Source of the DNA: Octopus sinensis
Lineage: Eukaryota
Assembly: GCF_006345805.1 (NCBI RefSeq)
Contig: NC_043003.1
Span: forward strand, 868,001 to 932,000
DNA: 64,000 nt
Direction: 5' to 3'
This document shows positions 48,601-62,061 of the stretch, piece after piece. A program made the translations under genes and the position numbers. Position 1 is the first letter of the stretch. The number at the start of each line of letters is the position of its first letter. The notes under the pieces were generated by a model that was not told where the DNA came from, did no database searches, and was given only the letters and a program-made list of their open reading frames with translations.

Positions 48601-48998
48601 AGCTAATTTGACGACAATGTATGTGTGCGTGTGTGTGCGTGTGTGAGCGTATATATGTTCTCCGCGTCCCTCCTCCGCCACCGCCTCCCCCGCTCCCCAC
48701 CACGCCACGCCTTAACATGTTGCTGTGTAGAAGTGCACGAAATGCTTGTTGCCCCCCCCCACACACACACCCACACTTGAACACATTAACAGACCTCCCC
48801 ACCCATACACACACACACACATAATGCCTCCCCCTTCAAACATTCACAAGAGACATCCGCAGCTGGTTTCTGTGTCTGCGCATCTACATATTTGCATACA
48901 TACACACACAAACGCATACCAGCATATACGTGCGTACGACCATACATATATGTGTGTGTGTGTGTTGTGTGTGTGTGTGTATCCATATGTGCATTCAG

Positions 48999-49047
<49 letters not shown>

Positions 49048-49088
49048 ATATATGCATACATACATATACGCATACATATATACATACA

Positions 49089-49131
<43 letters not shown>

Positions 49132-49380
49132 CATATATGTATGCAAATATGTATGCGTATATACATACATACATATATACACACACACACACTCATCTGT
49201 ATGACAGCAAAGACAAGACGCCTTTTGCCTTGGTTACTTCCAATCGACGACATTTTAGAAAAAACCAAGCAACGGGGGGGGGGGGATTCATCGATGGGAA
49301 ACGATGGCGACCCCACAAGGGCCATTGGTGATAAGGGTGGAAGACAGGAGGAGGGCGGTGGCCGAGGTGGTGGTGGTGGT

Positions 49381-49421
<41 letters not shown>

Positions 49422-49747
49422 TGATGATGATGGTTGCCAGAAACAGAACCAGGTCGATGGCAGTGATAGAACGTTTTAATGGTGATTGTGGATGTCCGTC
49501 CTGTAGGGTAGAGCCATCGTTCAACCATGTTGATGATGATGATGATGACGATTATAGTGTGGTGGCTGTGGGGATGGTGGTAATGGTTGGAATGGTAATG
49601 ATGTCGGTGGTGGTGGTAGCAATGGTGGTAGTGGTAGTGGTATTGGTGATGGTTGTGGTTGTGGTGATGGTGGTGGGGGTAGCGGTGGTGGCGGCGTAGA
49701 TTAAACGCATTGCCGAAGTAATTTGGGATGTCTATTATCTTTCATGT

Positions 49748-50062
49748 TTTACCTGCTTCAGTCAGTGGGGTCTGGCCATGCTGGGGCCACTTCTTTGAAG
49801 AGTTTTGGTCGAACAAATCGACACCGGTTTTACGTTTTAAGCGTCACACCTATTCTATCGGTCTCTATCGCCGAACTGCTACAATACGGGGACGTAAACG
49901 AACCAACGCCGGTTGCCAAGCGATGTGGGGTAAACAAGCACAAAGATAAAAATATACATACACACGTACATGCATACATATATGTGTATATATACATATA
50001 TATATAAATACAAACTCACACACACACTCACACACACATACATACATACATACATACATACA

Positions 50063-50121
<59 letters not shown>

Positions 50122-50272
50122 TTATACGACGGGGGCTTCTTTCAGTTTCCGTCTACCAAATCCACTCCCAAGGCTTTGGTCGGCCCGATGCTATAGTAGA
50201 AGATACTTTCCCAATTTGCCACGCAGTGGGATTGAACCCGGAAACCATGTGGTTTGGAAGCAAACTTCTTAA
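49748..50272 (-). mobile_element. SINE-A full-length with expanded internal microsatellite
   Basis: Tail 49748-49955, (CATA/TA)n to about 50125, head to 50272. Confidence 0.85.
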
Positions 50273-50274
50273 CA

Positions 50275-50860
50275 CACAATCCCAAGAATTCTTTTTGTCA
50301 TCCATCTATTTTCTTCGACCACTATTCCTGAAAGGATCGAAGGGGTAGATGACTTGAGCGCACACTTGTTGACCCTAAGCCTATCTTTGGACATTGAAAC
50401 GACAAAAAATAATAATAAAAACATCGCCATGCAATATGTATACTTAAACCATGAGAATCGATGTAGCTGCGGACGAATTAGCGTACTGGGTGAGGAGGTA
50501 TCTGCATTTGTTAGGTGTTTGTTTCTCTGTTTCAATATTTAATGTCCAAGAGAATTATTGATTCGTTTTCCTTCATCTTATTTGGTCGAATGGGGATTCA
50601 GTGCAGTTGACAATTTGCTGGAAGTCAAGAGAAACCGACTTGAAATTACAAAACGTGGCGATTTACGGCTGAAGTTAACGAAATTGTCTCCTCAAATCAA
50701 GGATCTGAGCTGTAAGCACCGGGCACAGGATTCTCACTAAATGACTCGAGTAATTGAATTAGAAATTGTGTTTCTATATTTAAAAAACAAAATGTTGAAG
50801 GGCACCAGATTATTTGTTATTAAAAAGTGGGGCACCGGAAAGAATGGTTGGGAAACACTG
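50275..50860 (+). mobile_element. hAT (Buster/Charlie-like) transposon 3' end
   Basis: FPSSYLVEWGFSAV..KRNRLEITKRGDLRLKLTKLSPQIKDL..H..DSH* (dimerisation-domain end); right TIR ggttgggaaacactg. Confidence 0.85.
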
Positions 50861-51089
50861 GTTTAATCACATGATTGTGAACTCTCAATGCGAAGTGGCG
50901 GCTCCCTCAGGCCGGTTTCCCTATCTCCGAACTACGCACCCTGTCATGTAATGTTTCCTCCATACATCCTTCCGAGGAACCCCATTTCAGCTTCTTCTAT
51001 TCGCGGTCGTGCACTTTGAAAGTTCTCAATTATGGAGCATTTTTAAAGAAATGCCATGTTTGCGCCCATTTTCGATTACTTTTATTTAT

Positions 51090-51450
51090 AATATTGGCTT
51101 CAAATTTTTGCACAAAGGGTTAGTCAATTACATCGACCCCAGTGTCCAACTGGTACTTATTTTATCGATCCCAAAAGTTTGAAAGGCAAAGTCGACCCCG
51201 GCAGAACTTGAACTCAGAACGTAAAGTCAGACGAAATACCGCCGAGCATTTCGCCCGGTTGCTAACAATTCACCCACTTCACCATGTTTTTAATGAATTT
51301 AATTGAACTTCAATCCTTTCATCCTTTCGGCGTCCATTAAATAAGTACCAGTTACACACTGGGATCGATGTAATCGACTTAATCCTTTTGTCTGTCTTTG
51401 TTTGTGCCCTCTATGTTCAGCCCCTTGTGGGCAATAAAGAAATAAATATT
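51090..51450. mobile_element. Two SINE-B copies in inverted orientation
   Basis: Minus copy about 51090-51290, plus copy about 51305-51450. Confidence 0.8.
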
Positions 51451-51681
51451 GAACTTCATTTTAAAGCTCTACTTTTCTTGCAATTGGCAGCTTTAATCCA
51501 TTAACTATACATTTATCCCTGTTTACACTAAGATCAATGAATTAGTATTAAATGAATAACCTCCGCGCAGTTTGTAAATGGAACGAACGATAAATTCGTT
51601 GAGACCAGACACTCTGCGGCTCACAGCAGCAAAGCTTCCAACATCACGTATTTTCTTGATCATCTTTATCTTTTTCTGTAG

Positions 51682-51795
51682 AGAATACACCCCTCAGCGT
51701 TGTTTGCTAGGGCCAGACGTTTTTCTGTTCAAAGATCCCACGACGAGTATGTAAACCTCTACAAAAATGCACGGCCTTGCAGTACGGTGATGTAA
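51682..51795 (+). CDS. Candidate exon: terminal (RIHPSALFARARRFSVQRSHDEYVNLYKNARPCSTVM*) or 65-nt internal exon to the donor at 51747
   Basis: Strong acceptor tttatctttttctgtag; downstream unique CpG-rich sequence with AATAAA at about 52212; no homology recognised. Confidence 0.25.
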   Translation, partial: RIHPSALFARARRFSVQRSHDEYVNLYKNARPCSTVM

Positions 51796-52385
51796 ACACA
51801 AGAAGCATTCTGGGCAGCTGAGCATTGTACGTGGTCGCTGCGAGTGATCGCCGACCACTGTTATTGCAGATCAATCCGTGATAAGCGTAACATGGTTGAC
51901 AATTGAACGTACCGTGTTATGCCGGATCAGTGATAAACGAAGCTACATTTATCAGTACAATTTGTTTTTAGTTTCCTCGCACACAATGCCGAGTAAAGGC
52001 TAAAGCCAGCAGTTTTTCTAGTCTCATTGAAAGTATCAAGTAAGATAAGATCCGTTTCAATTTGCTGAAAGGTCGTCTACGGCTGGCAATTGAAGTTGTG
52101 ATGGCGGGCAACACCAGAAGTTGAAAAACGAAAGAAAGGAACACAGAAACTTTGAGGCGCTCCTAAGTATTATCAATCTGAAGGGTTTTGGGTGACTTAC
52201 CAGATGTCTTAATAAAGCTCAAACTCGTCTCCATCGTTGCTACCCAAGGTTCAAACAACTGCTCTTTGAGATAATTGCATAATGAACGCTGTTACTTTCA
52301 GTCGTTGGAGTCAGCCAATAATCTTCGAGTAACTAAAGATGACCATGTACATACATACATGCATACATACATACGTATGTATATG

Positions 52386-52454
<69 letters not shown>

Positions 52455-52482
52455 ATATATATATACTATAGTATATATATGT

Positions 52483-52515
<33 letters not shown>

Positions 52516-52524
52516 CATATACGT

Positions 52525-52675
52525 ATGTGCTTACGTCCCCGTAACCTAGCGGTTCGGCAAAAGAGACCGATAGAATAAATACTAGGCTTACAAAGAATAA
52601 GTCCTGGGATCGAATAGTTCGACTAAAGGCACTGCTTCAGCATGGCCGCAGTCAAGTGACTGAAACGTGTAAAAA
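52525..52675 (+). mobile_element. SINE-A 3' half
   Basis: ttacgtccccgtaacctagcggttcggcaaaagagaccgatag. Confidence 0.8.
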
Positions 52676-53321
52676 AATAAATATTAAACTATAAAAATAT
52701 AACGGGATTTTTTTTAACCCACTATGGAGATAGGGTAGGGGGCAGTAGTGTAAAAAAGGGACCAAAGGGATCCACAAACAAAAAAAAAAATGCTTGAGAA
52801 CTACTGGTCCCCATGAACATCTGACCTGCTAGAAATATCAGTCAAATTTCCTTCAAATCAATTCTTTTAGTAGTCTTGACTCTTGGGACTCATTACTCGG
52901 TTTCTATGGCGTAGAAGTGACTGAGATGACAATACTCCTCCTGGATGGGAAGCTGGTCCATCGCTGGGTCACTCAGGCTGGAGCAACGTGAAATGAAGTG
53001 CTTTGCTCAAGAACACAACGCACCGCCCGATCAAGGAATCGAAACCTCGATCACAAGATTGCGCGTGTAACACTCTAACCATTTGGCCGAGCGCCTTCAT
53101 TCTATTGTCATAAAATCACATTAAATAACGAAGTCGTAAATGTGCCAAAGAAAACGGGGTGGTCGTAGCCGGAACGATTTTAATCATAGGCCTACTCGAC
53201 TAGGATTGACCCGGGGTTAAATAGCAGAACAATGCCTCCGCCTACTTCTACGAGCAACGCCACAAAACGTTAACAATACAAAACACTTAATGATCATAAA
53301 ACTTTAATTCAAAGTTGTCAC

Positions 53322-53382
<61 letters not shown>

Positions 53383-53486
53383 ATTGAATGTAGCGAGGAG
53401 GTGGCTGCGTGGTCGTTAGGAATGACAAGCGGAAATAATACCTTTATCTATCTGTCTGTCTGTCTGTCTGCTTGCCTGCTTGTCTG

Positions 53487-53556
<70 letters not shown>

Positions 53557-53639
53557 CATCCAACTATCTATCTAAATATATATCCATCCGTCCGTCCGTC
53601 CGTCTGTCTCTCTGTTTGTCTGCCAAACTAGCTACGTAT

Positions 53640-53950
53640 ATAGCTTAGTGGTTAGAGCATTCGGCTCACGACTGTAAGGTCGTGGGTTCAATTCCTAGCG
53701 ACGCGTTGTGTCCTTGAGCAAGACATTTTATTTGACGTTGCTCCAGTCCACTCAGCTGGCTAAAACGTATAGTACCTATATTTCAAAGGGGCCAGCCTTG
53801 TCACACTGTGTCATGCTGAATCTCCTCGAGAACTACGTGAAGGGTACACGTGTCTGTGGAATGCTAAGCCACTTGCACGTTAATTTCACGAGCAAGCTGT
53901 TCCGTTCATCGTATCAGCTGGGACCCTCATCGACGTAACCGACGGAGTGT
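53640..53950 (+). mobile_element. SINE-C with tail A
   Basis: gttgtgtccttgagcaagacat..gttgctccagtccactcagctggc plus aaaggggccagccttgtcacac..gcaagctgttccgtt. Confidence 0.85.
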
Positions 53951-55602
53951 TCCTTATCTCTATATTATAATTCTGAAATGCGAAAAGTTTATTTGTTTGT
54001 TTGTCTGGTTTTGGCATTGAGAACGGCTTAAAGGCCACTAGATCCCGTCGGATTGACTTCAAAATTTACAGGGACATGTAAAATGAGGTGAGGATGCGAG
54101 TGGGCTAGCGCCAAAAACGTACTTTGACAAGTCTACTCTCATTCTTTTATGTATCTGTCTTCCTCCATCACTCACTCTCTTTCCTCCCTTCCCATCACAT
54201 TCTATCTATAACGTCGTTTCACAGCGTCTACTTCCCCTTCACTTTCTCTTTATAACGTCGTTCCACAGCGTTCTATATCTCCCCCCCTCCTCGCCTTCGA
54301 CAGCGCTTTCACACACACACTCTCTCTCTCTCTCTACGTCTGTCTGCATTCATAGAGAGAATTATCATCGCCACAACCACCACCACACAATCATGAGAAC
54401 AAATATTATGAATGAGATATTTATTGGGTTAATTTATATATATGTGTGTGTGTGTGTGTTCTATATATAAATATGTATATTAAACTTTTTTATACTTTTT
54501 GATAGCTATATATATCTTTTTTAAAAATTATAAATATAAATTAATAATTTTAATTTTAAATTTAAATAATTTAAATTTTTAAATTTTATATTTTATATAT
54601 TTTGTATATTATATTTTTATTTTTATGTTTCCGTTTATGTTTTTCACTGTTTCATTTGCCTAATATGGTTTTTATCTCTAATTTAATATAATATATATAT
54701 ATATAATTTGTATACATTTGTATATATAATGCGTACACACACACACACACATATATATAATGCGTATATATATATATATATATATAATATATAATGTGTG
54801 CAGTATGTGGTCGGTTGAGCTGAAAATATGAACACCTATGTTAAAAGTGCTGGCGAGTTTGCATGGCAACTATTTCCTCAAATGAAAGGCGTGACCTCTA
54901 GGACAAAATTCCTCATCTTATAAAATGTGACCCGAGTAGACCCGAATGAAATCGGGTTATATTAACCAAAATGTGAAAAGAGGTCTAAATGGGGCTTGAA
55001 GGGGATTAAAATTTACAGGAGCGGGTGTTTAGGAATTCTCTGTTACATGAAGCTAAAAAATTTTCGCCAGCCTTTAAATCGACAATGTGCTGCCGTCCAT
55101 GATGAAGAAGTTTTGAATGCTTGCCATGGTGAGTCTACTGTCGTGAGAAAAATCACTTCAAAGCTTGGCGTTTAGGAATTTTCTTTACAATCAAGTTCAA
55201 AATTTTACGCCAGCCGTTAAACTGCTGCCACTATGTTACTGTCCGTCGTTAAGAAATGCCAGCCATGGTGACTCTAACTATCCTCAGATTCTATCCTTTC
55301 AAACTTTGGTTTCCAATATTTTTTTATTTTTATTCAGCTCGCAAGTTCGTCTGTCCCTTTTAAATGTTAGTGTTTTGCTTTCTGCCTTGAAGCAGACCTT
55401 TCGTTGTCACTGCCTGATATTTATGATTGATCTTCAAACTACTTTCTTTTCTCAACTTACTCAAGATCTTTGGTGTTTATAAATGGGAGAGAGATAGATA
55501 GAGAAAGATAGGAGTAAGAGAAAGCGAGGGAGAGTCCGAGAGAAAGGAAGAGTAAGAGAGTGGGAAAGGGAGAGAGAAAGGAGAGAGAAACAAAGAGGGA
55601 GA

Positions 55603-55848
55603 ATCATCATCGTTTAACGTCCGTTTTCCGTGCTAGCATGGGTTGGACGGTTTGACCGGGGTCTGGGAAGCCAGGAGGCTGCCCCAGGCTCCAGTCTGAT
55701 CTGGCAGTGTTTCTACATGGATGCCCTTCCTAACGCCGACCACTCCGTGATTGTAGTGGGTGCTTTTTTCGTGCCACCGGCACAGGTGCCACGCGGGGAG
55801 GGGCACTGGCAGCGGCCACGTTCGGATGGTGCTTTTTACGTGCCGAAA
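55603..55848 (-). mobile_element. Short non-autonomous retro-repeat with (GAT)n tail
   Basis: Reverse complement contains ggcgttaggaagggcatcc (RTE-type 5' UTR-like) and ends gttaaacgatgatga. Confidence 0.55.
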
Positions 55849-57269
55849 GGATGCAACAGAAAATAACAACCACACTCTTACCCGCGCGTAGAGCGGGTCA
55901 CCTTAAGCTATATATATATATATATATATACTCCTTTATTCCCTTTCTAAGGGGCGGCAGTGGAACGTAGGGCTAACATCCCGCCAGTTGCTGTTGGTAC
56001 TTAGCTTTAGCGGAGTGAACTGGAAATAGTGTTATGCGAAATGAAGTAACTTGCTCAAGAACATAGCATACGGTTTAGGGTGCGTATCGAACTGACATAC
56101 AATGATATACATAACACACGGCGCGCGCGCGCACACACACGTGCGTGTGTGCATGTATATGATATATGTATATGTATGTATGTGTTTGTGTGTGTGTGAA
56201 TTCATTTGTACTTCGAAGTCACTGTCAATACTGTTCTAATTAAAGTGTAATGAATTTGCATTGTGTGGAGTAACGTTTTAGATTAATGTGAAATTGTGTT
56301 AATTGTAACTGAATATAAAAAAAACATTAACGTGTATGTGTGTGCGTGCGTATGTGTGTGTGCGTGTGTGTGAGTTGGGTGTGTGTGCGTGTGTGTGTGC
56401 GTGTGTGTTGGGTGTGTTTTGGGTGTGTGTTGGGTGTGTGTGTGCATGTGTGTGTGTTGGGTGTGTGTGCGTGTGCGTGTGCATGTGTGTTGGGTGTGTG
56501 TGCGTGTGCGTGCGCGTGTGCGTGCGTGTGTGCTGGGTGTGTGTGTGTGTGTGTTAGAAAAAGGTCCTGAAGCATTTCGAAATTGGGAAAGAGACAAAGG
56601 CTCCTGTAGTCTTCATTGCTGTATTGAATCAAGATATTCTTCAGATAATCCCATCCATTTCTTGAGGCTGCCAAGCAAAGACGCACTCAATATTATCGTC
56701 TGAGGCCTCTCAATAGCTGTGGGAGACCCCGTGAGGTGCGACGCTCACCTAGAACATGGTTGTTCCTCCGCCGCCTTCCGGTAAGCTTCCGTGCGCCCCA
56801 CGATGCAGCATCGACCACGAGCACAGGGAGTATTCTTTTACTTGTTTCAGTCATTTCGCAGCGGCCTTGTTGGAGCACCACCTTATGACATACGTTTTTT
56901 ACACACCCCACACACACACACCACACACACCACACACACAATATATTATATATATATATATAATATAAATAATAATAATAAATATTAGAATAAATCCAAA
57001 TTTACAGGGAAAAATCAGATTTAGGATTGAATCCAATTTTTAGAAAAAATAATATAATATAATTAGAGACAAACCCACTATTTTGCAAATCAAACAAAGA
57101 AAGACTTAATCCAATACATAAAAAAATTTATATAAATTAAATTAAATAAATTTAATTTTATTTAATTTTTTTTATATATATATATAATATTATATATATT
57201 ATATAATATATATATATATATATATTATATACCCCCACGTGTGTGTGTGTGTATGTTTGTGTGTGCGTG

Positions 57270-58020
57270 TGTGCGTGTGTACTCGTTTCAGCCATGCGGC
57301 TGCGGACATGCTGGAGCACCAGGATGGGCTTCCTTCAGTTTCTGTCAACCAAATCCACTCACAGGCTTTGGTCGGCCCTAGAATGCACTTGCCCAAGGTG
57401 CTACGCAGTGGGACTGAACTCAGAACCATGTGGCTGGAAAGCAAGCTTTTTACCACACAGCCACAACTATTTCTGTTTACTTGTTTCAATCATTGGACTG
57501 CGGCCATGCTGGGGCACTGCCTCGAAGGGCTTGCTCGAAAAAGTCGACTCTTTTTAAGCCTGGTGCTTTCCTATCGGTTCTTTGCCCGAACCGCTAAGTT
57601 ACGGGGACGTAAACAGACACCACCGGTTATCAAGCTGTATATATATGCATACATACACACATACATTCATACACACATACATATATTCATACATACATGT
57701 ATTCANNNNNNNNNNNNNNNNNNNNNNNNNNNNNNNNNNNNNNNNNNNNNNNNNNNNNNNNNNNNNNNNNNNNNNNNNNNNNNNNNNNNNNNNNNNNNNN
57801 NNNNNGGTATGTATGTTTGTGTGGCTGTGTTTGTCTCCCCCCACCACCAACATCACTTGACAACCGATACTGGTGTGTTTACGTCCCCGTACCTTAGCGG
57901 TTCAGCAAAAGAGGCCGATAGAATAAGTACTACGCTTACAAAGAATAAGCCCAGGGGTCGATTTGTTCGACTAAGAGGCGGTGATCCAGCATGGCCGCTG
58001 TCAAATGACTGAAACAAATA
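57270..58020. mobile_element. SINE-A pieces (minus, minus, plus) around the assembly gap
   Basis: Internally deleted minus copy 57270-57470, minus tail 57475-57640, plus tail 57810-58020. Confidence 0.8.
57706..57805. other. Assembly gap (100 N)
   Basis: Run of n characters. Confidence 1.
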
Positions 58021-58084
58021 ACAGAATAAAAGATTAAAAGAATATATATATATATTATATATTATATATATATATACACACACA

Positions 58085-58484
58085 TATTTGTATGTATGTA
58101 TGTATGTATGTATGTATGTATGTATGTATGTATGTATGTATGTATGTATGTATGTAGTTATGTATGTATGTATGTGTGTATGTATGTATGTATGTATGAT
58201 GTATGTATGTTGTATTATGAATGTATGTATGGTGTATGTATGTATGTATGTATGTATGTATGTATGTAGTATGTATGTATGTATGTATGTAGTTATGTTA
58301 TGTATGGTATGGTGTATGTATGTATGTATTGTATGTATGTATGTATGTAGTATGTGTGTATGTATGTGTGTATGTATCTATGTATGTATGTGTGTATGTA
58401 TGCATATATGTATGTATGTGTATGTATGTTTGTATGTGTGTGTGTATGTATGTATGTATGTGTGTGTATGTATGTATGTATGTA

Positions 58485-58517
<33 letters not shown>

Positions 58518-58640
58518 ATGTATGTATGTATGTATGTATGTATGCATGATGTATGTATTTATGTATGTATGTATGTATGTATGTGTGTATGTATGTATGT
58601 ATGTATGTGTGTGTGTGTTTGTGTGTATGTATGTATATAG
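58085..58640. repeat. (TATG)n degenerate microsatellite
   Basis: Directly visible. Confidence 0.95.
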
Positions 58641-60176
58641 TCACTTAGCTACACAGGAACTCTCGCTAAATTTCCAGAAGTTGTTACGAAGTGTTTCTCA
58701 AGACCCCACTAGGAAATAGAAACCCTGTCCAGTAGTCTCACTTCGACTAGGGAGTGTAGCACTTTCTGGGGAGGGGATAAGCGTTGACTAATGCAGGCCC
58801 TCTGACCAAGAGTCTGATGGTATAATCAGATATATCTCGGTCCCAGCTCTATGGATTCCTTTTTAGATTCCGCACCACACAACGTTATCCAGATGGTCCG
58901 ACTGACCTGTCACGAGTTCAAGAACTTTGCCAAAGACGGACCATTCCTGCCTGATATTCGGAAAGAGAGAAACGAGATTATTTGCAAGCAACTCCCAGTC
59001 TTACCAGTTGAAAGCTCCGTTTCGAGACACTAAATAGCTTATGGGATCATCGAGAGAGAATGTGCGCTGTTTAGGGGTCTTCCTCTCGATGACATTATAG
59101 CGTAGAGGACTGCAGTTTTAGGTGAATGAACGCTTAAGTTTGCGGTTGTGGAAATCTCAATGACCAAAACACACCAAAAGCGGAGGAGTTGAATCTGGGA
59201 TTTAATTAATGGCAGCTACACTCCTGTGTAAATACTTCTGAGGAGTTAGGTACCATTCACTGAACGTATTGGAACTTTCGGCGGAAGCATCGATAATTAC
59301 TGGTTGTTCCGGTAGGAACCTCTCCCACTCCAAGTCAGCTCCAACAGCATCCAAGTAGTTGCATGAAAACTGCTGCCTGGGTTAAACGAGTCGTCTCCCC
59401 TTAATTGTTCAAATCTAAGGTGACGGTTTCGTATTTGGGTAATGGTGACGGAGTAAGTCTCAGGCGGCCTCGTGGCCACCCTGAGATCTCGTATTCTTGA
59501 CTTGTTTCAGTCGTTAGACTGCGACCATACTGGAGCAAAGCGTTGAAGAATTTTTAGTCGACTGAATCCACTCCAGTTATTTTTTTTTTCTTTTTAAATG
59601 AGCCTGGTACTAACTCCATCGATTACTTTTGCCGAACTGCTAAGTTATGGAGACATAAACACACCAACACTGATTGTAAAACGGTGGAGAGGACAAACAC
59701 AAAGACAAAGATATACATACACATTCACATGCATACACACACACAAACTCACACATACATACACATACATACATACATACATACATACATACATACATAC
59801 ATACATACATGTATACATACATACATACATACATCCATGCATACAAACATACATACATACATACATACATACATACATACATACATACATACATACATAC
59901 ATACATACACAAGGCCCCTCCTTCAGTGGCCCAGGCTACAAACCACATAGTAAATCAATCCATTGGGGTTTATGTAGAATCCTACGCAGTTGAAATCCTG
60001 TAAATCCAATCAGGGAAATTTATTTCGTGGGGAATATGTATACTTCATGTCCTCTCTCACTCTCTCTCGCTTCTCTCTCTCGCTCTCTCTCTCTACTCTT
60101 CTCTCTCTCTCTCTCTCCTCTCGCTCTCTCTTCTCGCTCTCTCTCTCTCTCACTTCTCTTCTCTCCTCTCTCTCTC

Positions 60177-60227
<51 letters not shown>

Positions 60228-60229
60228 TT

Positions 60230-60425
60230 AATCCAAACAAGAAGCACAAAAAACACAACAACGCGAGGACGTGGAACAAATATAGTATTATTGGACGCTC
60301 AGGAAAGAAAGAAGGGAAGGAGGGTTTAACGTTTTGAGCGGAGCTCTTCGTCGGAAACATAGGAGAAGGAAAGATCCAGAGAAGGGAAGACAGAGGAAAA
60401 AATATCGCCAACGGTACACACGAGG
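60230..60425 (-). mobile_element. (TA)n-flanked Penelope-type short repeat with mutated hammerhead motif (60324-60358)
   Basis: GUUU-CCGACGA-A-GAGC(ucc)GCUC-AAAA-CGU-U-AAAC: all stems pair; core positions U4 and G12 substituted. Confidence 0.5.
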
Positions 60426-60913
60426 TCTATATATATCAATAACACTAATAAAAGGGTAAATTAATTAATTCATTAATTAATAATTAATAATTTTACCAAG
60501 TAGTTTGGTACGTTAAAATAACCTGTTTAGGTAAAATTATACAAATATTCAATAATTATAAACATAATTATAATCAGGGGTCAGCTAATTGCTTCACCAC
60601 TCACCGAGTTTAGAAATAGGTGTTGAAATGCCTATTCTGCTACCATAGAGATCTCCCAGACAGTAGCACTTTTTTACGTAGGTAAAAAGAAAAAATAACG
60701 AATCCACACGACTCCGATTAGCTACATTCGCGTTTCGAGATTAAAGTAAACAACACTTACTTATTTCCTATCATCAGATATAAATTTGAGAGTGTTAGAA
60801 TTAAATATGTACGCGATCAAGCGTCATCGCATAATAGATATTCAACCAACACTTTCAAAAATATACAGCCGAATGAGTGAAGATGTTTACCCTCAATAAT
60901 TATAGAATATTTG

Positions 60914-60985
<72 letters not shown>

Positions 60986-61092
60986 AATATATATAATATA
61001 TTAATAATATATATATTTATATTTTATAATATACATATATATATATATATATAATATATATACATAAATACATACATACATACATACATACA

Positions 61093-61124
<32 letters not shown>

Positions 61125-61134
61125 CATATATATG

Positions 61135-62049
61135 CTAGCTGACGTACCCGGTAATTCCCGAGAAAGCGGGGCTTATCCCTTGGTTCCGTTCTCATAATTG
61201 TTTCACTAATCCAATAACAACAATACAAAGTGTGTAGCCCTTAAAACGGTTTTTGTGCACTTACAGAGAATACCAAACTGTCTTACACAGGATCTTGTTT
61301 TTAGGAATTCCCAATAAGTTATGAATACCCAAATTGTGAAGTCAGTTATGTAATAATATGAAATTAGTTACCCAATAGTAAGAATTCTCATAAAGTAGCC
61401 CCGAAAAGGGTTTTAATGCGTTCCCAGGGTATATAGAACATAGGAGGAAATACTAACAAGGTATGTATACGAAAATCGTGAAGCATGTTACGTAATAAGA
61501 GGCTAATCAAATATGAGATAATAACAATTCAAAGTAAATAACTCTGAAAAGGGCTTTTGTGCATTCCCAGAGAATATTACCCTCAGCGGTGCTAGTGTAA
61601 TATTCGTGAATAAGTCACTAACCGAAATAAGTGGGTCTATTGTTTAGGAGAATACTATTTACTTGTTTAAATGTTGTACTGGATAAATTGCGAAAATAAC
61701 TCAAATAGTTTAAATACTAAGAAATAAGCATACTCAATTTGATTTATACCAAATAATTTAGGAAAATGAATGGGTTATTTCCTTTGGCTATATATAAGGA
61801 TCCCTTCCAGGGGCGAATGGGTTATTTGCCTTGGCTGTTAAAATAAAATATATTAGATATATATAAGGATCCCTTCCACGGCCCTATTATCAAATTTCAA
61901 CAATCTGTGTATGCCACAAGGTTTCCAGACATGAGTTCTAATTTACTTGTCAAGTTTCATCAAAATCGATTAAACGATGTAGGAGGAGTTAGCTAACAAC
62001 TCCACAAACAAACACATCCACAGACAGAATTCCCCACACATGTAGTAGA
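61135..62049 (-). mobile_element. Non-autonomous Helitron/DINE-like element with internal degenerate repeats
   Basis: CTAG end at 61135-61138, TC end at 62048-62049, aagtttcatcaaaatcg..ggagttagc subterminal block. Confidence 0.65.
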
Positions 62050-62061
62050 TATATTCTTTTA

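Noticed and set aside
48181-48820. Asp/Gly-rich and His-rich ORFs resembling biomineral or metal-binding proteins
   Set aside because: (GAT/GGT)n low complexity with no unique coding flank or splice sites.
56560-56830. Exon-like unique stretch after (TG)n
   Set aside because: All plus frames end quickly, no homology, ambiguous strand.
57640-57830. Apparent inverted SINE-A palindrome centred on the gap
   Set aside because: The centre is a scaffold gap, so true spacing and orientation are unverified.
58640-59480. Possible ancient LINE or host exon
   Set aside because: Stops in all frames and no motif I can name with confidence.
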